64,000 bases of DNA from Bacteroidota bacterium (GTDB lineage Bacteria > Bacteroidota > Bacteroidia > Flavobacteriales_F > PHOS-HE28), in contig JAEZDL010000078.1 in assembly GCA_023418095.1 (NCBI GenBank), positions 142 to 64,141 of the forward strand, given 5' to 3'. How positions within the stretch are numbered: the stretch's first letter is position 1; the number at the start of each line of letters is the position of its first letter. The notes below the pieces were generated by a model. That model ran no database searches. It worked only from the letters and a program-made list of their open reading frames with translations, and was not told the origin of the DNA. The position numbers were made by a program, and so were the translations under genes. Shown here piece by piece: positions 19,347-27,453 of the stretch.

Positions 19347-20909
19347 TCACTGCTCGAATTTCTCCGGCCGCATCTGCGGGAAGAGAAGAACTTCCTGTAT
19401 CGCGGGATTATCCGTGAGCAGCATCACCAGCCGATCCATCCCGATACCGATCCCCGATGTGGGCGGCATGCCGTATTCCAAGGCGCGCAGGAAATCCTGA
19501 TCGATGAACATCGCTTCATCGTCGCCACGTTCCTGCAGCTTCAGTTGTTCCTCAAAACGTTCGCGTTGATCGATCGGATCGTTCAATTCACTGTACGCGT
19601 TCGCGACTTCGAAACCAGCGATGAAAAGCTCGAACCTTTCTGTAAGCCTTTGATCTTCCCGATGCTTCTTGCAGAGCGGGCTCATTTCGGTGGGAAAATC
19701 GATCACGAAGGTCGGCTGGATCAATTCAGGCTGCACCAGTTCACTGAACAGCTCATCGATCAGCTTGCCTTTTCCCATCGCAGCTGTGATCGGGATCTGG
19801 TGCTTCAGGCAAAGCTCACCCAACGCGCGTTCATCCATTTCCATCACATCAACTCCGGTCTTCTCCTTGATGGCACCGATCATGCTGATCCGCTTGAACG
19901 GCGCCTTGAAGCTGATCTCGTGTCCCTGGAATTTCGAGATCGGCGATCCGTTCGCGGCGGTGGCAACTGAAGTGAATACGCCTTCGATGAAATCCATCAT
20001 CCACTTGTAATCCTTGTACGCCACGTACAATTCCATTACCGTGAATTCAGGATTGTGCGTGCGATCCATGCCTTCGTTGCGGAAGTTCCTGCTGAACTCG
20101 AACACGCCATCGAATCCACCGACGATCAACCTTTTCAGGTAAAGCTCGTTCGCGATCCGCAGGTAATACGGAACATCCAGCGCATTATGATGCGTGATGA
20201 ATGGCCGCGCTGCAGCGCCACCCGGGATCGCCTGTAGCACGGGCGTATCCACCTCGATGTAACCGGCCTTCTGGAATTCTTGTCGCATCGCGTCGAAGAC
20301 TCGCGTACGTTTCAGGAAGGTCTCCTTCACCTGCGGATTCACGATCAGGTCCACATAACGCATGCGGTAGCGCAATTCCGGATCTGTGAACGCATCATGC
20401 ACATTGCCTTCTTCGTCGGTCTTCACCACCGGCAATGGCCGCAGTGATTTGGATAAGACAGTGAGCTTCTTCACATGAAGCGTGATCTCACCCATGCGCG
20501 TCTTGAACACGAATCCTTCCACGCCGATATGGTCACCGAGATGGAGCAGGTGTTTCCACACCTGATCGTACATCGTCTTGTCCTCGCCCGGAGCGATCTC
20601 ATCCCGCGCGATGTAGATCTGTATGTCGCCGGTATGATCGCGCAACACCGCGAAACTCGCCTTGCCCATCAGGCGGATGCTCATGATCCGGCCGGCGATC
20701 GATACGATCGGCGTGGGTGCTTTTTCCGTTTCGGGCGAGTCGGAAAGCCCCTCGGGATGTGGCGGAGGATCGGTCCAGGCCTCCTTGATGTCCTTCGCGC
20801 TGGAGGTCACCTTGTATCCTTCAGCCGGAAAAGGCTCGATCCCCAGATCGCGTAATTTCTGCAATGCCTCGCGGCGAATTATTTCCTGATCGGAAAGATG
20901 GGTGGACAT
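19347..20909 (-). CDS. lysS: lysine--tRNA ligase (class II)
   Basis: 520 aa with an OB-fold anticodon-binding region followed by class II motifs, including FEFSRNFRNEGMDRTHNPEFT and GIGIGMDRLVMLL. Confidence 0.95.
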   Translation of the reverse strand: MSTHLSDQEIIRREALQKLRDLGIEPFPAEGYKVTSSAKDIKEAWTDPPPHPEGLSDSPETEKAPTPIVSIAGRIMSIRLMGKASFAVLRDHTGDIQIYIARDEIAPGEDKTMYDQVWKHLLHLGDHIGVEGFVFKTRMGEITLHVKKLTVLSKSLRPLPVVKTDEEGNVHDAFTDPELRYRMRYVDLIVNPQVKETFLKRTRVFDAMRQEFQKAGYIEVDTPVLQAIPGGAAARPFITHHNALDVPYYLRIANELYLKRLIVGGFDGVFEFSRNFRNEGMDRTHNPEFTVMELYVAYKDYKWMMDFIEGVFTSVATAANGSPISKFQGHEISFKAPFKRISMIGAIKEKTGVDVMEMDERALGELCLKHQIPITAAMGKGKLIDELFSELVQPELIQPTFVIDFPTEMSPLCKKHREDQRLTERFELFIAGFEVANAYSELNDPIDQRERFEEQLKLQERGDDEAMFIDQDFLRALEYGMPPTSGIGIGMDRLVMLLTDNPAIQEVLLFPQMRPEKFEQ

Positions 20910-20987
20910 GTACGATCCTTGAAAAGAGTGGCGAAGATACTTTCGTTCGATCGGCCGAACCGTTTTCCTTTCGCCTACGCACCACCC

Positions 20988-20995
20988 TAATTTTG
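20988..20995 (+). promoter_or_regulatory. candidate Bacteroidota -7 promoter box (TAnnTTTG)
   Basis: TAATTTTG ends 20 nt upstream of ATG 21016. Confidence 0.35.
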
Positions 20996-21015
20996 CTCCC
21001 CCACACTTTCAAGTA

Positions 21016-22002
21016 ATGAAACAACTTATCGAATCTTTTCCGCGGCAACTGAAGGAAGCGCTCGAGATCGGACGCAAGGCACAATTGAAGGCTCCCGGCG
21101 GACCTTATTCCAACGTAGTAGTGACGGGCCTGGGCGGAAGCGGGATCGGTGGCAAGATCGCCGCGCAGCTTGTGCACAAGGAAGCGAAATGCCCGATCGA
21201 GACCTACAACAATTATTACCTGCCCGGCTATGTGAACCATAAAAGCCTGGTGATCGCCTGCAGCTATAGTGGTAACACCGAGGAAACGATCGCCGCGATG
21301 GATCAGGCGTTGGGAAAAGGCGCGCGTGTTGTCGTGATCACGAGCGGCGGCGCCATGCTGGAAACCGCGAAGAGCAAAGGTCTCGATCATATCGTGATCC
21401 CCGGTGGAAATCCTCCGCGCACGATGCTCGCTTATTCACTTGTGCAACAATTCTTCGTGCTGCATCATTTCGGCATCATTGGCGATGGTTTCGAAGGTGC
21501 GGTAAAGACCGCCGCAGCGATGCTCGAAGATGAAAAGGAGGCGATCAAAAAAGCCGCCAAGAAACTTACCGAAAAGCTGGTGGGCAAGCGGTTGGTGATC
21601 TACAGCGAAGCGAATACGGAAGCAGTTGCGATCCGTTTCCGGCAGCAGGTGAACGAGAACAGCAAGGAGTTGTGCTGGCACCACGCGATCCCCGAGATGA
21701 ACCACAACGAACTCGTGGGCTGGGCCGGTGGAAAGGAAGATATCGCCGTGGTGATCTTCCGCCACAAAGAGGATCACGAGCGCACGCAGATGCGGATGGA
21801 GATCAACAAAGGGATCTTCCAGAAATACACCCCACATATCCACGAGATCTGGAGCAAGGGAGATACAGCATTCGCGCGCCAATTGTACCTGATCAACCTC
21901 GGCGATTGGATCAGCCTCTATTGGGCCGAAGCCAAGGAAGTGGACCCCACGGAGATCGAAGTGATCAACATGTTGAAGGGGAAGCTGGCGGAGGTGAAGT
22001 AG
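21016..22002 (+). CDS. bifunctional phosphoglucose/phosphomannose isomerase (SIS domain)
   Basis: 328 aa. SIS motif VVVTGLGGSGIGGKIAA and the two-SIS-lobe layout typical of the PGI/PMI family. Confidence 0.8.
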   Translation: MKQLIESFPRQLKEALEIGRKAQLKAPGGPYSNVVVTGLGGSGIGGKIAAQLVHKEAKCPIETYNNYYLPGYVNHKSLVIACSYSGNTEETIAAMDQALGKGARVVVITSGGAMLETAKSKGLDHIVIPGGNPPRTMLAYSLVQQFFVLHHFGIIGDGFEGAVKTAAAMLEDEKEAIKKAAKKLTEKLVGKRLVIYSEANTEAVAIRFRQQVNENSKELCWHHAIPEMNHNELVGWAGGKEDIAVVIFRHKEDHERTQMRMEINKGIFQKYTPHIHEIWSKGDTAFARQLYLINLGDWISLYWAEAKEVDPTEIEVINMLKGKLAEVK

Positions 22003-22107
22003 AGCAAGGACCGCAAAGGCGCAAAGACCGCAAAGGGACGATGAGCGAAAGGTGAACTAAAGCAAGGAACCGCAAAGGCGCGCAGGGCGCAAAGGGACGA
22101 TGAGCGA
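22003..22107 (+). repeat. tandem duplication (about 58-nt period) of a CGCAAAG-rich unit carrying the GxxExxY start region
   Basis: Copy 1 (22003..22048): agcaaggaccgcaaaggcgcaaagaccgcaaagggacgatgagcga. Copy 2 (22061..22107): agcaaggaaccgcaaaggcgcgcagggcgcaaagggacgatgagcga. Copy 2 supplies the real ATG (22100). Copy 1 gives ATG AGC GAA AGG TGA. Confidence 0.85.
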
Positions 22108-22486
22108 GAATGAGCTATCGCATCTCATTATTGGCCGCGCAATTGAAGTCCATCGCGAACTCGGACCTGGGCTGCTTGAAAGCATTTACCAGCATTGCCT
22201 CGCGTTTGAATTGATCGAAGCAGGATTGAATATCAGGGTACAACATCCTCTGCCTGTCAATTACAAGGGTCAACCGATGGATCTAGGATTTCGCTTGGAT
22301 ATCTGGGTTGATCATAAGGTCGTTGTTGAGGTGAAGGCGGTCGACGCTTTGCATGATGTTCATCTCGCGCAAGTGCTTACATACCTGAAATTGGTGAACA
22401 AAAAACTTGGCCTGCTGATCAACTTCAACGTACCCCGTCTCAGGGATGGTGTGAAAAGGATCGTTCTCGGTCTGCCGGAAGCGTAA
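22100..22486 (+). CDS. GxxExxY protein (PD-(D/E)XK-like)
   Basis: 128 aa with the family signature GPGLLESIYQHCL and downstream D...E.K-type residues (DIWVDHKVVVEVK). Confidence 0.9.
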   Translation: MSENELSHLIIGRAIEVHRELGPGLLESIYQHCLAFELIEAGLNIRVQHPLPVNYKGQPMDLGFRLDIWVDHKVVVEVKAVDALHDVHLAQVLTYLKLVNKKLGLLINFNVPRLRDGVKRIVLGLPEA

Positions 22487-22490
22487 ACAG

Positions 22491-22540
22491 CTCTGCGTTC
22501 TTAGCGTCTTTGCGGTGTTCATTCCCGAACTTTGCGTCTC
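22491..22540. repeat. inverted copies of the CGCAAAG motif downstream of the GxxExxY gene
   Basis: ctttgcgg (22508..22515) and ctttgcg (22530..22536) are reverse complements of the ccgcaaag/cgcaaag units found upstream at 22003..22107. Confidence 0.55.
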
Positions 22541-22543
22541 TCC

Positions 22544-23248
22544 ATGCGTAAAGTGCATTTCCAGGACCTTGGGCTGATCGACTATTCACAAGCGTGGGAT
22601 CTGCAGAAGGATCTTTTCCAGAAGACGATCGATCGGAAGATCGCGAACCGATCCCTGCCGGAAGATCAGCAGGTCCAGACCGAGGATCATCTTCTCTTCT
22701 GCGAGCATCCGCATGTCTACACCCTTGGCAAGAGCGGGAAACAGCAACACCTATTGCTCAACGAAGAGGGGCTGAAGCAGAAGGGTGTGCAGTTCTTCCC
22801 GATCGATCGCGGCGGCGACATAACCTACCATGGACCAGGGCAGATCGTGGGTTATCCGATCTTCGATCTCGATCATCATTTCACAGACATCCACCGTTTT
22901 CTCCGAACCTTGGAGGAAGCCGTGATCGGCACACTCGAAGCCTACCAGATCAAAGCGGGCCGGATCGATGGCCTAACCGGCGTCTGGCTCGATCCGGAAG
23001 ACCCGATCAAAGCAAGAAAGATCTGTGCATTCGGCATCCGCGCGAGCCGTTGGGTAACGATGCATGGCTTCGCATTCAACGTGAACACGGATCTTTCATA
23101 CTTCGAGAACATCGTTCCCTGCGGCATCGCGGACAAGGGCGTTACCTGCATGGCAAAGGAACTTGGCGGCCTGCTGGACATGGATGAAGTGAAGAAAAGA
23201 CTGAAGCTTGAACTGGCGGATCTGTTCGATGTGGAGATGATCGGCTGA
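22544..23248 (+). CDS. lipB: lipoyl(octanoyl) transferase
   Basis: Start taken at ATG 22544 (the ORF opens at TTG 22532). Motifs are CEHPHVYTLGKSG, RGGDITYHGPGQ and KICAFGIRASRWVTMHGFA. Confidence 0.92.
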   Translation: MRKVHFQDLGLIDYSQAWDLQKDLFQKTIDRKIANRSLPEDQQVQTEDHLLFCEHPHVYTLGKSGKQQHLLLNEEGLKQKGVQFFPIDRGGDITYHGPGQIVGYPIFDLDHHFTDIHRFLRTLEEAVIGTLEAYQIKAGRIDGLTGVWLDPEDPIKARKICAFGIRASRWVTMHGFAFNVNTDLSYFENIVPCGIADKGVTCMAKELGGLLDMDEVKKRLKLELADLFDVEMIG

Positions 23249-23334
23249 TCGGCGCACAACAGGTTGTTCATCCATCTTGATGACAGATCTGCGATCGTAA
23301 CGATCACGCATTTACTTCGTTCAACAATTGAAGC

Positions 23335-24531
23335 ATGCGTGCGATCCTGAAATTCCTGCTTGGCCTGATCCTGCTGATCGGGATATTGATCGTGCTTTCA
23401 TACATCACCGGCAATGAACACCTGGTGCGCGGCGTGCGCTACACCTACCTGATCGGCCGCAGCTCGCCCGAGATCGATGATCTTAACTTCTTTCCGTTCG
23501 CAACGATCGCCGCTACCGATCCACAGCCGTGGCCGAAGGGATCGCGCTATGGCGAACTTCAATTGAAGGAAGCGGATGAAAAAAAATTGACCGATCTGTT
23601 CAGCGTTGGTTTCCTCGTGATCCAACATGACAGTTTGATCTTCGAGAAGTATTGGAACGGCTGGGATGAGGACAGCGTGTTGAATTCGTTCAGCGTGGCT
23701 AAGAGCTATATCAGTTTGCTTACAGGCATTGCGTTGAAGGAAGGTGTGATAAAGGAGCTTGATCAGAAGGCCGGTGAGTTCCTCCCGGAATTCGCAGATG
23801 GGTGCCGATCGAAGATCATGCTGGAACACCTGCTGACCATGAGCAGCGGCATGGATTGGAGCGAGAGCGGCGCCGATCCGTTCAGCGATAATGCGAAAGG
23901 ATATTACGGGCGCAATGTGCGCGAATTGAGTTTCGATCAACCGTGCCGCACTGATCCGGGGATCGAATTCGATTATACCAGCGGCACCACGCAGATCATG
24001 GCCGAAGTGCTGGAAGCCGCATACAACGCGGATCTGGATCAGCTTGTACAGGAAAAGATCTGGAACAAACTCGGCGCTGAAACAACGGCGTACTGGGGAA
24101 AAGATCGCGCGGATGGTGATCTGAAAGCCTTCTGCTGTCTTTATGCATCGAGTCGCGATTTCGCGCGGATCGGCCAGCTATATCTGGACAGCGGCAAATG
24201 GAAAGGCGAAGAGATCATTCCGATCGATTTCTGGAAAAGCTCGATCACGGCTGCAGATCTGCTCGATCAAGGAAGACCGAACGATCGGTACGGATACTTC
24301 TGGTGGCTTGCGGAGATCGATGGAAGGCCGATCCATTACGCGCGTGGGATCCATGGCCAGTATGTGATCGTGATACCGCATGATGATCTGGTGATCGTTC
24401 GCACGGGAATGAAGCGCGAAGAGGTGAACCGGGAAGGCCACCCGACCGATGTATTCGAATGGATCCGGATCGGGCGTGAACTCGCTGACGGCCGCGCTGG
24501 TGGCCCGCATATTGCAGCCGGAACATCATGA
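23335..24531 (+). CDS. serine hydrolase (beta-lactamase/transpeptidase-like)
   Basis: N-terminal membrane anchor and an SxxK motif in LNSFSVAKSYISLL. Size and layout are typical of class C-like esterases. Confidence 0.8.
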   Translation: MRAILKFLLGLILLIGILIVLSYITGNEHLVRGVRYTYLIGRSSPEIDDLNFFPFATIAATDPQPWPKGSRYGELQLKEADEKKLTDLFSVGFLVIQHDSLIFEKYWNGWDEDSVLNSFSVAKSYISLLTGIALKEGVIKELDQKAGEFLPEFADGCRSKIMLEHLLTMSSGMDWSESGADPFSDNAKGYYGRNVRELSFDQPCRTDPGIEFDYTSGTTQIMAEVLEAAYNADLDQLVQEKIWNKLGAETTAYWGKDRADGDLKAFCCLYASSRDFARIGQLYLDSGKWKGEEIIPIDFWKSSITAADLLDQGRPNDRYGYFWWLAEIDGRPIHYARGIHGQYVIVIPHDDLVIVRTGMKREEVNREGHPTDVFEWIRIGRELADGRAGGPHIAAGTS

Positions 24532-24935
24532 TACGCGACATTCACGCGCCGAAGGTGGAAGGAGTGGCGATGGCCGTGGTGCCCGAGCAGGACGAGACCG
24601 GTGAGGATGCCTGGTACGTCTACCTGATCAACGAACAGGAGATCGCGCTGGAGAACGTGCTCGTGCGATCACGCGGATATGGTTCGATCGAAGGTGAAAA
24701 GCGTAACACCAGCGAAATGCGCCATTTCCTCGAAGTGCTTGGCCCGAAGAGCTGGGCCAGGATCGAACGGATCATTGAAGAAGTCTTTCCGCTGAACAAC
24801 CAATACTGGCTCAGTTACTTCATCGGGAAGGATCTTCACGACAAGAAATACATCTTCCTTCCGGAAAGTATCCAGGAAGAGAATTTCACCACGCTTCCGC
24901 TGATGAACAAACGGGGTGTGATGATCAGCAGCTGA
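24528..24935 (+). CDS. hypothetical protein
   Basis: 135-aa ORF with an ATGA overlap to the upstream hydrolase stop (24528..24531). Balanced composition. No motif recognised. Confidence 0.55.
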   Translation: MIRDIHAPKVEGVAMAVVPEQDETGEDAWYVYLINEQEIALENVLVRSRGYGSIEGEKRNTSEMRHFLEVLGPKSWARIERIIEEVFPLNNQYWLSYFIGKDLHDKKYIFLPESIQEENFTTLPLMNKRGVMISS

Positions 24936-25002
24936 CCGATCACGATCTGGATCGTGCCCTTGCTACCTTTCCACCGATCACACAAGTAAGTGATCGGGAA
25001 CC

Positions 25003-25731
25003 ATGCGCGCAGAGCAAGTACGAGATATCGGGAAGATCCTTTTCCTGGACATCGAGACCGTGCCGCAGCATTGGAACTGGGAGGACCTCGATCCGGTCAC
25101 CGCGCGTCTGTTCAGCGACAAAACGCGTTGGGAACAGGAGCGTACCGAACGATCCGTGCAACAGATCTATGCCGATCGTGCGGGCATTCTAGCGGAGTTC
25201 GGAAAGATCATCTGCATCGGGGCGGCATACATCTCCGCGGATCGGGAGGGATCGCGAATGCGGGTCACTTCGTTCCAAGGGGATGATGAACAGCTATTGC
25301 TCCAGCAATTCACCGATCTTCTTCAACAGTATTACAATACGGATGAGCACTGGCTTTGCGGCCATAACATCAAGGAATTCGATCTGCCATACATCGCACG
25401 GCGTTGCATCGTGCAGCGCGTGCGTCTGCCCCGTTTGCTCGATAATTCGGGATCGAAACCGTGGGAAGTTTGCCACATCGATACCATGTCGCTCTGGTGC
25501 TTCGGCGATCGCAAGGCGTTCACTTCACTTTCGTTGCTCGCCCACATACTTGGCGTTCCCACACCAAAGGATGACATCTCCGGTGCCGATGTGGCACGCG
25601 TCTACCACGTCGATCGCGATCTGGACCGGATCGCGATGTATTGTAGAAAGGATGTCATCGCCACCGCGCAGGTCTATCTGCGTCTAACGGGGCGCGAACC
25701 GATCCCTTCGGAACACATCACCACGATCTGA
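25003..25731 (+). CDS. DEDD-type 3'-5' exonuclease (PolB-exonuclease-like, RNase H-like fold)
   Basis: The three exonuclease motifs are ILFLDIETVP, LCGHNIKEFDLPYI and YCRKDVIATAQVYL. Confidence 0.8.
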   Translation: MRAEQVRDIGKILFLDIETVPQHWNWEDLDPVTARLFSDKTRWEQERTERSVQQIYADRAGILAEFGKIICIGAAYISADREGSRMRVTSFQGDDEQLLLQQFTDLLQQYYNTDEHWLCGHNIKEFDLPYIARRCIVQRVRLPRLLDNSGSKPWEVCHIDTMSLWCFGDRKAFTSLSLLAHILGVPTPKDDISGADVARVYHVDRDLDRIAMYCRKDVIATAQVYLRLTGREPIPSEHITTI

Positions 25732-27449
25732 TGAACGCTGTAGCACCTTTGCTCGAAGTGAAGGATCTCACGGTCCGCTTTGGATCGAACGTGGTGGTTG
25801 ATGAGGTAGCGTTCTCGCTGGCCGAAGGCGAATGCCTGGGTCTTGTGGGCGCCAGCGGATCGGGCAAGAGCGTGACATCCCTGGCATTGATGCGGCTCCT
25901 GGATCAACGATCATCGGAGATCACGGGGTCGATACGCTATCAGGGGCGGAACATCCTTGATCTTGAAGAGGATGAATTCAGGCCGCTGCGAGGAAAGGAA
26001 TTCGCCATGGTATTCCAGGAGCCGATGACCTCGCTCGATCCGGTGTACACCGTAGGAGAGCAGGTGGGCGAATCGCTCCGGCTGCACATGGGAATGAACC
26101 GCAAGTCGGCCCGCGAACGCACGATCGAACTTTTCGAGGAAGTGCTTCTTCCCGATCCGAAAGAGATCCATGATCGCTATCCGCATCAGTTGAGCGGTGG
26201 GCAGAAGCAGCGCGTCGTGATCGCCATGGCCCTGAGCTGTTCGCCACGGATCCTGATCTGCGATGAACCCACCACAGCTCTTGATGTGCTCGTGCAGCGA
26301 GAAGTGATCGACCTGTTGAAGCGGATCCAGAAGGAACGCGCCATGGCCATGATCTTCATTACACATGATCTGGGTGTGGTTCGCGAGATCGCCGATCGCG
26401 CCCTGGTGATGCACAAGGGGAAGGTGGTCGAGAATGCGCCTGTGATCGAATTGTTCGATCGGCCGCAACATCCCTACACGAAGGGCTTGATCGCCTGCCG
26501 GCCCGATCCCACCCGGCATCCTAAAAGGCTGCCCACGATCGATGAAGTGATGGAACGGGCTGCCGTTGGGACCGATCTTCCGATCGGGACGATCTCGTCA
26601 GGATCAAGACGCCAGCACGTGGAGGATCTCCTGAGAACACCTCCGCTGCTTCGCGTATGCGGATTGGAAAAGAGCTTCAACAGACAGCACGGAACGACCA
26701 ATGGAACCGCATCGAGCACCAGGGTCCTTCACGACATCTCCTTCAACGTCCATCCCGGCGAAACACTTGGCATTGTTGGTGGTAGTGGCAGTGGAAAAAC
26801 CACACTTGGCCGGACGATCCTGCGATTGATAGAACCGGGTGAAGGCCAGATCCTGTATCACGCGAAAGGCAATGAGGCCGCGGTGGACCTGGCGCACCTC
26901 GACAGCGACCACATGCGGCGGCTGCGGCGTGAATTGCAGATCATCTTCCAGGACCCATATTCATCCCTCAACCCGCGCCTGACGATCGGCGCGGCGATCA
27001 CCGAAGCGATGCGCGTACACGGTCTGCGCGATAACGACGATCTACGTCGTAGCCGGGTAAAGGAACTGCTCGAACAGGTCGGCCTGGAAGCCGCCCACTT
27101 CGATCGCTTTCCGCACCAGTTCAGTGGTGGCCAGCGCCAGCGGATAGTGATCGCGCGTGCCATCGCATTGGAACCAAGGTTGATCATTTGCGATGAATCC
27201 GTGGCAGCGCTCGACGTAAGTGTTCAAGCGCAGGTGTTGAATCTGTTGAACGAACTGAAGGAAGATCATGGGCTCACCTACATCTTCATCAGCCACGATC
27301 TCGCAGTGGTGAAATATTTCTGCGATCGGATCCTTGTGCTGGAACGCGGAAGGAACGTTGAACTTGGTCTTGCCGATCAGGTCTACGACATGCCCGCAGC
27401 CGGTTATACGAAGCAGCTGATCGCCGCGATCCCCGGGACAGGCGCGTGA
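25731..27449 (+). CDS. ABC transporter ATP-binding protein with duplicated ATPase domains (Dpp/Opp D-F fusion type)
   Basis: Two Walker A motifs (GLVGASGSGKSV, GIVGGSGSGKTT) and two signature motifs (LSGGQKQRVVIAMAL, FSGGQRQRIVIARAI). No permease gene is adjacent. Confidence 0.93.
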   Translation: MNAVAPLLEVKDLTVRFGSNVVVDEVAFSLAEGECLGLVGASGSGKSVTSLALMRLLDQRSSEITGSIRYQGRNILDLEEDEFRPLRGKEFAMVFQEPMTSLDPVYTVGEQVGESLRLHMGMNRKSARERTIELFEEVLLPDPKEIHDRYPHQLSGGQKQRVVIAMALSCSPRILICDEPTTALDVLVQREVIDLLKRIQKERAMAMIFITHDLGVVREIADRALVMHKGKVVENAPVIELFDRPQHPYTKGLIACRPDPTRHPKRLPTIDEVMERAAVGTDLPIGTISSGSRRQHVEDLLRTPPLLRVCGLEKSFNRQHGTTNGTASSTRVLHDISFNVHPGETLGIVGGSGSGKTTLGRTILRLIEPGEGQILYHAKGNEAAVDLAHLDSDHMRRLRRELQIIFQDPYSSLNPRLTIGAAITEAMRVHGLRDNDDLRRSRVKELLEQVGLEAAHFDRFPHQFSGGQRQRIVIARAIALEPRLIICDESVAALDVSVQAQVLNLLNELKEDHGLTYIFISHDLAVVKYFCDRILVLERGRNVELGLADQVYDMPAAGYTKQLIAAIPGTGA

Positions 27450-27453
27450 TCAG

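Noticed and set aside
24941-24997. Two short inverted repeats (cacgatc/gatcgtg at 24941-24956 and ccgatcac/gtgatcgg at 24974-24997) between the hypothetical gene and the exonuclease gene.
   Set aside because: The stems are short, built largely from the ubiquitous GATC palindrome, and lack a T-run. They are likely a by-product of the GATC bias rather than dedicated terminators.
25731-27449. The duplicated-ATPase ABC protein, considered as the exporter of the neighbouring glycosylation locus.
   Set aside because: It is convergent to the locus, has no permease partner, and its motifs are of the Dpp/Opp ATPase-fusion type, which commonly stands alone. There is no sequence-based reason to link it to the locus.
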